In this document: piece by piece, positions 56,189 to 64,000 of the stretch
Layout of the letters: every line of letters begins with the position of its first letter
How positions within the stretch are numbered: the first letter of the stretch is position 1
DNA from: Turneriella sp.
GTDB lineage: Bacteria; Spirochaetota; Leptospiria; Turneriellales; Turneriellaceae
Direction: 5' to 3'
Length of the DNA stretch: 64,000 nt
Assembly (NCBI GenBank): GCA_965279515.1
Contig: CBDIID010000003.1
Span: 1,728,001 to 1,792,000, forward strand
The notes under the pieces: model-generated
Database searches by the model: none
Seen by the model: only the letters and a program-made list of their open reading frames with translations
Told to the model about the DNA's origin: nothing
Position numbers and translations under genes: made by a program

Positions 56189-58208
56189 TAGTCTCTTCAC
56201 AGCCGGCATTCTTATCGGCGTCGCGGTCTTAGCTGGCCTGCTCTATCTGCATGGCCGCGAACGCGGCGCAGGCAGCGGTAAAACCATCGGCAAAGTTTTC
56301 TTTAAGCGTGAAGTTGCCATGCGCAAGTTTTCAAACCGCATGGTCTGGGAAGATGTCGAAAACGGCAGCCCGCTCTACTCGCACGACGCTGTGATGACCG
56401 GTAACCTGTCCGATGCAGAACTCGCGCTCGATTCGGGGCTGAAACTACGCCTCGAGGCAAATACCCTTGTCGAACTCGACCTCGAAGACTCGGGTCTCAA
56501 CCTGCGCCTCTCGGGCGGCGGCATCAAAACCGCAGGGGTGCAGACCTCGCAAACCTTAGTGACGACCAGCAACGGTCAGGTCATGAATGTCACCGATGGT
56601 TCAGCCGCCATACGTACGCAAGGGAACCAGGTCGCCGTCGAAGTTAAAGAGGGCAAGGTCGAGGTGACTGGCAAAGATGGCAAAAAAGAGACTGTCGCCA
56701 AAAATGAAATTCTCTCTGCCGGAAAAAAATCCCGCGCGGCGCTCGAGGTTTTGTCGCCGGCAGAAGACGCCCTGACACTTTCTGCGGGGGCAACCGGCAA
56801 CGTCAAAGTGAAATGCAGCCCGGGCGAGGCTGCGAAAACCGTTGAGCTCTCGCAAGGTTCCGGTAACGCAACGAAGAGTTATGCGCTAAAGAGCGGTGAA
56901 GCTCTGCTTTCGCTCGGCGCCGGTGACTGGCTCATGCGTTGCGTGGGTGACAATGCACAATCGTCTGCACGCCGTTTCCGCGTCGTGAATGCCGGCGGTT
57001 ATAAACTCTACCGGCCTGAAAAGGCGGATATCCCCTTTGACGACAAGCCGGTACTGCGCCTCGAATACAAGCCGCCGCAAAACGTCACGACGACACAGGT
57101 CGAGGTCGCAGATAATGCACAATTTACCCAGCCGCTGTATTCGCAGACACGTGCTGATACTGCTTTGCAAATTGCGCTCCCCAAAGCGGGCAAATATTAT
57201 TACCGCTTGAAACCCGTTGCCGAGACGGGAAAACTCGACCTGCAGATGCCGGCGCTCACCGGCATTGTGAACCTGATCCAAAGCACGAAACGCATACCGC
57301 TGGCATTCGTGGCGCTGAATGCGCCGGTTTTTTCGCAGGCGCAGGTAGAGGCGGGTAAAGCCGTTGTCAGCTTCGAAGGCGCGGGCAAATATACGGTGCA
57401 GATTCAGAAAAAGGGTGAAAACAAACCGGTGATGAGCGCCGAGACCCAACCCGGACCAATCAAAATACCCGAGAACCTCGGCGCCGGTAAATATGAAATC
57501 CGCCTGACCTCGGCCGCAGAGAAAGTCACACTGCCCTTCGAAGTCAGGGACAAGATCAAAGTCGACCTTCTCACGCCGGCGAACGGTGCCGTGATTTCCC
57601 TGGCGCCCGGCGAAAAAGGCGCGGCATTGCCACTCAGCTGGCGTGGCAGCGAAGAGGTTGTGCTCTACCAATTGGTGCTGGCCGACGACCCGGGCTTCAA
57701 AAATATTCTCAAAAAGATCAACGTCGAGGGGAGTGACTTCCGTTTCACCGGGCTTTCCGCGCGCAAATATTACCTGCGCGTGCTGGCGCTCGAGAACGGT
57801 GTGCCGCGCGCCGAGAGTGCGGTTCATACAGTTACAGTGGAAGAAAAATTGGCAGAGGTCTCGGGGCTTTATCCCAAGCCGGAGCAAAAGATCGACATCA
57901 CCAAGGCAGCAGGGCTCAACCTCAAATGGCAGCCCGTAACCGGTGCGACATCGTATGAGGTGAAAATTTTTCAGAAACGTAAGGGTACGCTGACACTCGT
58001 CGATGCCCGCACGACGAAAAACCCAAACCTCACCGTTTCTGATTTTAAGAAGCTCAAAGAAGGCGATGTCGTGTGGGAAGTGCGTGCACAGCAGAGCAAT
58101 GCCGAAGGGCGTATTGTACAGAAGAGCGAACCGGTACGCAGCCACGTGAATTTATCGTTCGGACCAAACCTGCCTGCACCCGAAATTGTTCCTGTTGTCG
58201 AAGAATGA
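56169..58208 (+). CDS. Membrane-anchored FecR-domain protein with FN3/Ig-like repeats
   Basis: TM anchor; VWED...LYSHDAVMTG..SDAEL.LDSG.KLRLEANTLV, VEVKEGKVEV; YYYRL, YYLRV, WQPVTGATSYEV. Confidence 0.82.
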   Translation: MKFSKGDSLFTAGILIGVAVLAGLLYLHGRERGAGSGKTIGKVFFKREVAMRKFSNRMVWEDVENGSPLYSHDAVMTGNLSDAELALDSGLKLRLEANTLVELDLEDSGLNLRLSGGGIKTAGVQTSQTLVTTSNGQVMNVTDGSAAIRTQGNQVAVEVKEGKVEVTGKDGKKETVAKNEILSAGKKSRAALEVLSPAEDALTLSAGATGNVKVKCSPGEAAKTVELSQGSGNATKSYALKSGEALLSLGAGDWLMRCVGDNAQSSARRFRVVNAGGYKLYRPEKADIPFDDKPVLRLEYKPPQNVTTTQVEVADNAQFTQPLYSQTRADTALQIALPKAGKYYYRLKPVAETGKLDLQMPALTGIVNLIQSTKRIPLAFVALNAPVFSQAQVEAGKAVVSFEGAGKYTVQIQKKGENKPVMSAETQPGPIKIPENLGAGKYEIRLTSAAEKVTLPFEVRDKIKVDLLTPANGAVISLAPGEKGAALPLSWRGSEEVVLYQLVLADDPGFKNILKKINVEGSDFRFTGLSARKYYLRVLALENGVPRAESAVHTVTVEEKLAEVSGLYPKPEQKIDITKAAGLNLKWQPVTGATSYEVKIFQKRKGTLTLVDARTTKNPNLTVSDFKKLKEGDVVWEVRAQQSNAEGRIVQKSEPVRSHVNLSFGPNLPAPEIVPVVEE

Positions 58209-58233
58209 CGTAAATCCCCGTCAGTTAAAGAAT

Positions 58234-59292
58234 ATGCTTCCGGAAAATGCGCTTGCGGGTGCTCACCTGCTCATCGTCGACGATTCGCCCGCAAACCTGA
58301 TGATACTGGAAAAAATACTCAGCCGCCAAAACTGCCGGGTCAGCCAGGCAACGAGTGGTGAGCAAGCCCTCGAAATTGTGTACGCCGATAAACCTGAGCT
58401 CATCTTACTCGACGTTATGATGCCCGGTATGAACGGTTTTGAAGTCTGTCGCTCACTGAAGTCTGCTCCGGACACGGCTCATATTCCGGTGATCTTTGTT
58501 ACGGCCGCAGACGAAATCGACCAGGTTAAGGAAGGCTTTGCCTCGGGTGGTGCCGACTTTATCCGCAAGCCATTTCAGCCCGACGAGCTCGTCGCACGCG
58601 GCCGCCTGCACATTGAAAATATCCGCTTACGCGGCCACCTCGAAGCCCAGGTCAGGGCGCGCACTGCCGAATTATCGGGAGCCCTCAAAAATCTGCACGG
58701 GGCAAACCAGGAATTAATCCGGCGGTTAAGCCAGGCCGCAGAGTTACGCGACAATGAGACCGCCAACCACCTGCACCGTATGAGTCATTATTCGGTTGCG
58801 ATCGCGCGGGCCATCGGCCTCGATGAAGAAGTCCTGGCGATGCTGGCACAGGCCAGCCCGATGCATGACATTGGTAAAATTGGGATTCCCGACCGCATTC
58901 TTCTAAAACCGGGCAAACTGACACCGGAAGAGTTTGCCGAGATGAAAAAACATCCCCAAATCGGCGCAGACCTGTTGTCGGGACTCGAAGCGCCGATTAT
59001 CCGCATGGCCGCAACGATTGCCCTCACACACCACGAAAAATTTGACGGCTCCGGATATCCCCACGGCCTCAAGGGCAAGGAAATTCCGATCGAAGGCCGC
59101 ATTGTCGCCATCGCCGATGTCTTCGATGCACTGACGACCAGCCGCCCCTACAAAGAGCCGTGGCCCGTGGAGAAAGCTGTTGCCTTTATGCGTGAGCAAT
59201 CGGGCAAACATTTTGATCCGCAGCTGATCGCCCGATTCGATGAGGTGCACGATGAGATCATGGCTATCTTTTCGAAGCTCTCGGATGCTTAG
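58234..59292 (+). CDS. Response regulator HD-GYP c-di-GMP phosphodiesterase (RpfG-like)
   Basis: LIVDD, LLDVMMP; MHDIGK, HHEKFDGSGYP, ADVFDAL, RPYK. Confidence 0.95.
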   Translation: MLPENALAGAHLLIVDDSPANLMILEKILSRQNCRVSQATSGEQALEIVYADKPELILLDVMMPGMNGFEVCRSLKSAPDTAHIPVIFVTAADEIDQVKEGFASGGADFIRKPFQPDELVARGRLHIENIRLRGHLEAQVRARTAELSGALKNLHGANQELIRRLSQAAELRDNETANHLHRMSHYSVAIARAIGLDEEVLAMLAQASPMHDIGKIGIPDRILLKPGKLTPEEFAEMKKHPQIGADLLSGLEAPIIRMAATIALTHHEKFDGSGYPHGLKGKEIPIEGRIVAIADVFDALTTSRPYKEPWPVEKAVAFMREQSGKHFDPQLIARFDEVHDEIMAIFSKLSDA

Positions 59293-61709
59293 CCTATCTC
59301 AAGCGGCTTGCGGAAAGGTATCTCGACGGTAAACACTGTACCTTCGGAAAGTTTACTTTCCACGGTGATGTGACCGCCCATAGCCTGTACGATTTGTTGG
59401 CTGATCGTGAGGCCAAGGCCGGTGCCGCCGAACCGGCGCGTTGTCGACTGGTCTGCCTGGCGGAACGGTTCAAAAATGATTTCCAGGTTCCCGGGATCGA
59501 TGCCAATGCCCGTATCACGGATCCGGAAAACATAGGGCACCATGCCATTCTGCCCGGCTTTGCTCGCGATTTCCAGTGTGATATTTCCGCGCTCTGTGAA
59601 TTTCAGCGCATTCCCTAACAGATTCAGCAGCACCTGCCGCAACCGCGTCGGATCGCCCAAGACAATCGTATCGAGCGACTCAGGCATTATCATCTCAATC
59701 ACCACAGGCTTCGCGCGTGCCTGTGTTCTGATGATAGGCATCATTTCAGCCGCGAGATGACGCAGGTCGAATTCAATATTTTCGAGTTCTAACTTACCCG
59801 ATTCAACCTTAGCCAGGTCGAGAATGCTGTTTATCTGGCGCAGCAAAACCTGCCCGGAATCTTCAATGATGCCAGCCAGGTCGGTCTGCTCGGCATTGAG
59901 ACCTGAATCTTTCAGCACGGCCGCCATCCCCAGAATGCCGTGCAGGGGTGTGCGCAGCTCATGGCTCATGCTTGCCAGAAACTGGCTCTTTGCCTGATTT
60001 GCAGCCTCAGCCCGGTCACGGGCATCGACGAGTTCGATCTCGGTCTGCTTCAGTGCTGTGATATCAATCATGACGCCGTCCAGCCAGAGCAGCTCTCCGG
60101 TATCGTCGTAAATGCGCTGGCCGCGGTCCTCGATCCAGACCGTACCGCCGTATTTTGTGATGATGCGGTAATTGTGACGGTAACGATCCGGGGTTCCCGC
60201 GAGTTCCTGCTGCATCATCGCATCGAGATCGCCCGGTTCCATGATACTGGCGAAAGTCCGGCCTGCATCATTGATAAATTCTGAAGCGGCATAGCCCGTG
60301 AGTTTTTCAACCTCGTTGCTGATGAAGAACATCGTCCAGGGAAACTCCGGGGCACAACGGTAGGCCATACCGGGGATATTGTTGATAACGTTGGTGAGTT
60401 GCTGCTGGCTCAGCTGTGACATGACGCGCGCGTTCGCCAGTTCGCGCGTGCGCAGCCGGATGACCTCCTGGAGCTGGTCGTTGAGCTGTAATTGCAGCCT
60501 CTCCTTTTCTGCAAAGACAGTCATCGATCGCCGCGATGTCACTATAGCCTGGCAGAGAATAAAAACAACCATGCCGAAGGGGCCCAGCTGGCCGATGCGG
60601 ATGAACTCCAGGTTGAAGAGTATGTCATTCAGGGTAAACAGCGCCAGGACTAAGGCGCCTGCGAGAAAAAGCCGGACACCCTTCGAATCGCTGCGCAGCA
60701 GGCGCGCGAGCTCCACGAGGCTCCAGATCATAAATCCGAAAAACAGCAAGTTAGATGGCAGAACGGTGTAGCTGTAGAGACGCGCGGGAAGCAGTAGTGT
60801 CAGGGCAAAGAGGATTGCCAGAGTATAACAGATCGGTACGAGTTTCTTAAACCGCAGGTTCCCGAAAACCTCTTCCACAAAATGAATACCGAGCGGCACG
60901 CTGAGAAACCAGGAAAGATATTCGAGCCGTGAATAAACTCCGAACGGTATGGCTGGCAGGTACTCGGGCAGAACGCGCGCGCTCGTTGTGACGAGGCGGA
61001 TAAAAAGCGTAAAGCAGAAGAGCGCAAAGAGCAGGGAGCTGTTGCCGCGGCGGTAATAAAAATGCACGCCGAGGTGGTACATGAACATGATGAGCAGACA
61101 TCCTGATGCGAAAACCTCGAGCCATTGCCGGCGCATGAGGCCGCTGCGGATCACAGGGTCTGTCCCGAGCTTTACGACATTCCACATGCCGCCTTTACGG
61201 TAATGTTGATTTGCAATCTGCAGATCGAGCCGCAGCTCAGGCCCTGCCGCGGGTAACGTCAGCACAAGAGGTTTGGTATCCGGGACGGTCGAAATTTCGT
61301 CAACGCCGACCCTTCCCCTCTCACCCATCAATTTGCCATTGGCAAATACGCGCACCGCAGTCCCCTGCTCAAACATCGAAAGCGCCAGTGGCGCGTTAAG
61401 TTCAGGAAGAAGAATAACCAGGGAATACGTGGCATACCCGCGCCCGGGTAATGGCCCGACAGCTGTCTGCATTCCCGTCCATGACCGCGGAGCATCAGCA
61501 AAGGTTGTTGCCTTGTCGCCGCGATTGTCTGAGACGCGCAGCTCATTCCAATAAAACGCCCACTCGCCCTTAAGCTCAGCCGCTTCAACACTAAAGTCAT
61601 GCTGGCGCAGGTCGATCACACCATGCGTAGCGCGCGGCGGCTGCATGCTGGCCGCAAAGAGAGCCAGCGGCCCGCAAAGGATATAAACCCAGAAGAGATT
61701 CTGTAGCAT
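59289..61709 (-). CDS. 7TM-DISM/PAS sensor histidine kinase
   Basis: LKGEWAFYW, GYATY extracellular domain; 7TM; PAS (NNIPGMAYRC); MSHELRTPL, NLLGNALKFT, GGTGLGL; no receiver domain. Confidence 0.92.
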   Translation of the reverse strand: MLQNLFWVYILCGPLALFAASMQPPRATHGVIDLRQHDFSVEAAELKGEWAFYWNELRVSDNRGDKATTFADAPRSWTGMQTAVGPLPGRGYATYSLVILLPELNAPLALSMFEQGTAVRVFANGKLMGERGRVGVDEISTVPDTKPLVLTLPAAGPELRLDLQIANQHYRKGGMWNVVKLGTDPVIRSGLMRRQWLEVFASGCLLIMFMYHLGVHFYYRRGNSSLLFALFCFTLFIRLVTTSARVLPEYLPAIPFGVYSRLEYLSWFLSVPLGIHFVEEVFGNLRFKKLVPICYTLAILFALTLLLPARLYSYTVLPSNLLFFGFMIWSLVELARLLRSDSKGVRLFLAGALVLALFTLNDILFNLEFIRIGQLGPFGMVVFILCQAIVTSRRSMTVFAEKERLQLQLNDQLQEVIRLRTRELANARVMSQLSQQQLTNVINNIPGMAYRCAPEFPWTMFFISNEVEKLTGYAASEFINDAGRTFASIMEPGDLDAMMQQELAGTPDRYRHNYRIITKYGGTVWIEDRGQRIYDDTGELLWLDGVMIDITALKQTEIELVDARDRAEAANQAKSQFLASMSHELRTPLHGILGMAAVLKDSGLNAEQTDLAGIIEDSGQVLLRQINSILDLAKVESGKLELENIEFDLRHLAAEMMPIIRTQARAKPVVIEMIMPESLDTIVLGDPTRLRQVLLNLLGNALKFTERGNITLEIASKAGQNGMVPYVFRIRDTGIGIDPGNLEIIFEPFRQADQSTTRRFGGTGLGLTISQQIVQAMGGHITVESKLSEGTVFTVEIPFRKPLEIG

Positions 61710-61769
61710 CCCTTTCACCCCAAACACGTCGAAGCAGACAATGGAGAGGTCAAGTGCAAAGTCCGGATT

Positions 61770-61789
61770 GTGAACAAAGATTCACTTTT
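61770..61789. promoter_or_regulatory. Candidate operator GTGAA-N6-TTCAC-TTTT in the divergent kinase/DUF445 gap
   Basis: Palindrome matching the motif at 776-795. Confidence 0.45.
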
Positions 61790-61819
61790 CCCCATATCGC
61801 CTTTTAACAATTTAATCCC

Positions 61820-63040
61820 ATGGAATGGCTCTCTAAAAATGCGGAACTCATCGGTATTCTGTTCATGCCGGTGACGTACGGGTTTATCGGCTGGCTCACC
61901 AACGTCGTCGCACTGAAGATGATGTTTTACCCGATGAAGTTCTGGGGCATTCCACCATACCTCGGCTGGCAGGGTATTGTGCCGAGAAAATCCACCGGGC
62001 TGGCGCTGAAGGCCGTCAGTATGCTGACGGAAAAACTCGTGAAGGTCGAAGATTTTTTCGAAAAAATTCCCGCGGATAAACTCGGTGAATCGTACAAGCC
62101 TCTTCTGAAGGAGAACATCCCCGCGATGACACACCGCGTGATGGAACTTCTGCCTGCAGACCTCAAGGAAAAGATCAGCCCGAAAGAAGAACAGATCGTT
62201 GCAAAGGCGACGCGCGAATCAGAGCAGAAGCTCGAACAGATCACCGCACACCTCAAAGACGATGTGGGCAAGGTTTTCAGTTTCAAGGCGCTGGTGTTGC
62301 GTTGCCTCACCGGCGAGAACACGCACCTCATTGTCGATCTCTTCCAGAAAATCGGCCACAAGGAATTCAAATTCATCGGCGCTTCGGGTTGGTATTTCGG
62401 TATTCTTTTCGGCCTGATACAGATGGTGATCTGGTGGCTCTACCCCGGCCTGTGGACATTGCCGGTGCAGGGCGTCATCGTCGGTTATGTGACAAACTGG
62501 CTCGCGCTCATCATGATTTTCCGGCCGATGGTCGAGAAGCGTTACCTGTTCTTTAAATACCAGGGCCTGTTCCACCGCCGCCAGCAAGAAGTTTCCGAAG
62601 AATACGCATCGATGTTTGCGGATCATGTTCTCAACGGTAAGAATATTCTCGACGAAGTTCTCTACCGCCGTATCAGCCGCACGGTGGTTGAAACCATCGC
62701 CGAAGATATCGTGCTCGAACTGAAAAGTTCGGGTACCGACCAGAAGGCGATCGAAGCCTTTTCGCGGGCCAGCGACGGCATACGCACACAGGTCGCCGCC
62801 GAAATGGCGGCGAAGTTTTCAGAGACGTCGCAGACGATTGAAAAACTCATCAGCCGTTCCATGAACGTGAAAGCAACCATCTACAACCGCATGAAAGACC
62901 TGCCGGGTGAGGAATTCGAGACGATTTTGCGTTCGGCTTTCCAGGAAGACGAGTGGATTCTCATCATTCTGGGCGCGGTACTCGGAGCCCTCGTGGGCCT
63001 CGGGCAGATGTTCTACATGCTGGCGTTTGCCGCAGGTTGA
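61820..63040 (+). CDS. DUF445 family membrane protein
   Basis: GFIGWLTNVVALKMMFYP, GWQGIVPRK, GYVTNWLALIMIFRP, FQEDEWILIILGAVLG. Confidence 0.9.
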   Translation: MEWLSKNAELIGILFMPVTYGFIGWLTNVVALKMMFYPMKFWGIPPYLGWQGIVPRKSTGLALKAVSMLTEKLVKVEDFFEKIPADKLGESYKPLLKENIPAMTHRVMELLPADLKEKISPKEEQIVAKATRESEQKLEQITAHLKDDVGKVFSFKALVLRCLTGENTHLIVDLFQKIGHKEFKFIGASGWYFGILFGLIQMVIWWLYPGLWTLPVQGVIVGYVTNWLALIMIFRPMVEKRYLFFKYQGLFHRRQQEVSEEYASMFADHVLNGKNILDEVLYRRISRTVVETIAEDIVLELKSSGTDQKAIEAFSRASDGIRTQVAAEMAAKFSETSQTIEKLISRSMNVKATIYNRMKDLPGEEFETILRSAFQEDEWILIILGAVLGALVGLGQMFYMLAFAAG

Positions 63041-63145
63041 TGGGATTAAAATAAAAAATATACGTCGATGTCCTCTGTTTGAGCGAAGGCTATCAAGCCC
63101 GGCGAGTTTCTTTGAAACGCCGCGAAAAATTCTGCGCGTGAATTT

Positions 63146-63367
63146 TCATGCCCGATCAAAGTTGCGATTCTCTTTGGCTGCAGTATAGGCAAGAGCCGCC
63201 TGAATATCTTCTCTTGTAAGATCAGGAAAATCTGCCAGAATTTCATCGTACGTCATGCCTGATGCAAGCCAGCCAAGGATATCGCCAACGCTGATTCGCA
63301 TACCGCGGATACAAGGGCGCCCAAAACGTTTATCGGGCTCGACGGTAATAATCTGCCGGTAATCCAT
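63146..63367 (-). CDS. DUF433 family protein (antitoxin-like)
   Basis: GRPCIRGMRISVGDILGWLASGMTYDEILADFPDLTREDIQAALAY. Confidence 0.92.
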   Translation of the reverse strand: MDYRQIITVEPDKRFGRPCIRGMRISVGDILGWLASGMTYDEILADFPDLTREDIQAALAYTAAKENRNFDRA

Positions 63368-63482
63368 CGACGTATGGTTAACAAAAACTACAAGGTACGG
63401 CAAGAAAAAATGCACTGGCCCTTACCAAACCCAATTTACGAAAATATCTTGCTTCTTTGACTCCCCCGGCTCCGCTGGGTGC

Positions 63483-64000
63483 GTGAGGCGGAGTCACCCC
63501 ATTGTCGTCTGTGCGCTTTTGGCGGTCGTGTTTGCGTGCCGTTCGAACCCCTTTGGCGGTACGGGCAACTCCATTGAAGAATTTACCGTCTATACAACCG
63601 ACTTCAGCGCGCAAAATGATGGCGGCGCGAAGACAGCGTTGCTCGAAGTCATTGGCGGCGCGAAGGCGACGCTGCATTGCGCTTTCTCTGCGCTGACGCT
63701 GACCGATGTCAGTAATGCCCTGATCGGCAAAGCAATATCCGGTGTGCAGGTCAAAGTGGCGTTCGACGCCGACGTTAAGACCACCGATGCAGGGTCCGTA
63801 GCGCTTCAGGCGAGCGGCGCATTTGTCGTGGTGACGGCTCCCGTCGATTCGAAACAAAGCCAGTTGCTCTACGGTAACGGCGGCACCGCATTTATGCGCC
63901 ACAACTTCTGCCTCGCCGACGAACGTTATATCTATGTCTCCACCGCGGGCGCTGACGATACGCAGATGCGTAAAACGCCGAACGTGGCGCTCAAGATCGG
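63483..64000 (+). CDS. Lipoprotein with a degenerate phospholipase D-like domain (partial, runs off the window)
   Basis: Open frame from GTG 63483: MRRSHPIVVCALLAVVFAC lipobox; LLEVIGGAKATLHCAF, GVQVKVAFD, FMRHNFCLADERYIYVST; not in the ORF track. Confidence 0.65.
   Translation, partial: MRRSHPIVVCALLAVVFACRSNPFGGTGNSIEEFTVYTTDFSAQNDGGAKTALLEVIGGAKATLHCAFSALTLTDVSNALIGKAISGVQVKVAFDADVKTTDAGSVALQASGAFVVVTAPVDSKQSQLLYGNGGTAFMRHNFCLADERYIYVSTAGADDTQMRKTPNVALKI

Noticed and set aside
56886..58145. 419 aa antisense ORF, and similar long antisense or alternate-frame ORFs (e.g. 1339-2058, 22686-23450, 31502-32245)
   Set aside because: They shadow well-supported genes, have no recognisable motifs, and are expected from GC-rich codon bias.
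1..64000. CRISPR array, tRNA/rRNA, IS transposase, integrase or prophage
   Set aside because: No regularly spaced repeats, cloverleaf or rRNA signatures, or mobile-element proteins were recognised by eye; short RNAs could have been missed.

Overview
This 64 kb window is densely coding, moderately GC-rich chromosomal DNA. By inference it comes from a free-living Leptospiraceae spirochaete (Turneriella-like), based on a clear fcpA homologue, a spirochaete-type ZapB and a Leptospira-style signalling repertoire. It holds about 60 CDS: housekeeping genes (pdxH, coaB, add, tpx, glmS, gcvT, uvrD/pcrA, cyoE, trpF, mnmA, selO), five cyclic-nucleotide enzymes, two histidine kinases and several exported proteins of unknown function. 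I found no rRNA, tRNA, CRISPR array, transposase or prophage. The most unusual signal is a family of short, nested-palindrome DNA elements (about 55-85 bp) inserted in frame inside enzyme genes: two in a FabH-like gene, one in a polyprenyl synthase, and a possible intergenic remnant. Other notable items are a HEPN-like/cold-shock-domain fusion, a PI-PLC with a circularly permuted C-type lectin next to a lipase foldase, a sigma factor with a split region 4, a sigma-28 promoter for fcpA, a candidate TetR operator recurring 61 kb away, and repeated signs of leaderless promoters. All calls come from motif recognition by eye; no database searches were run.
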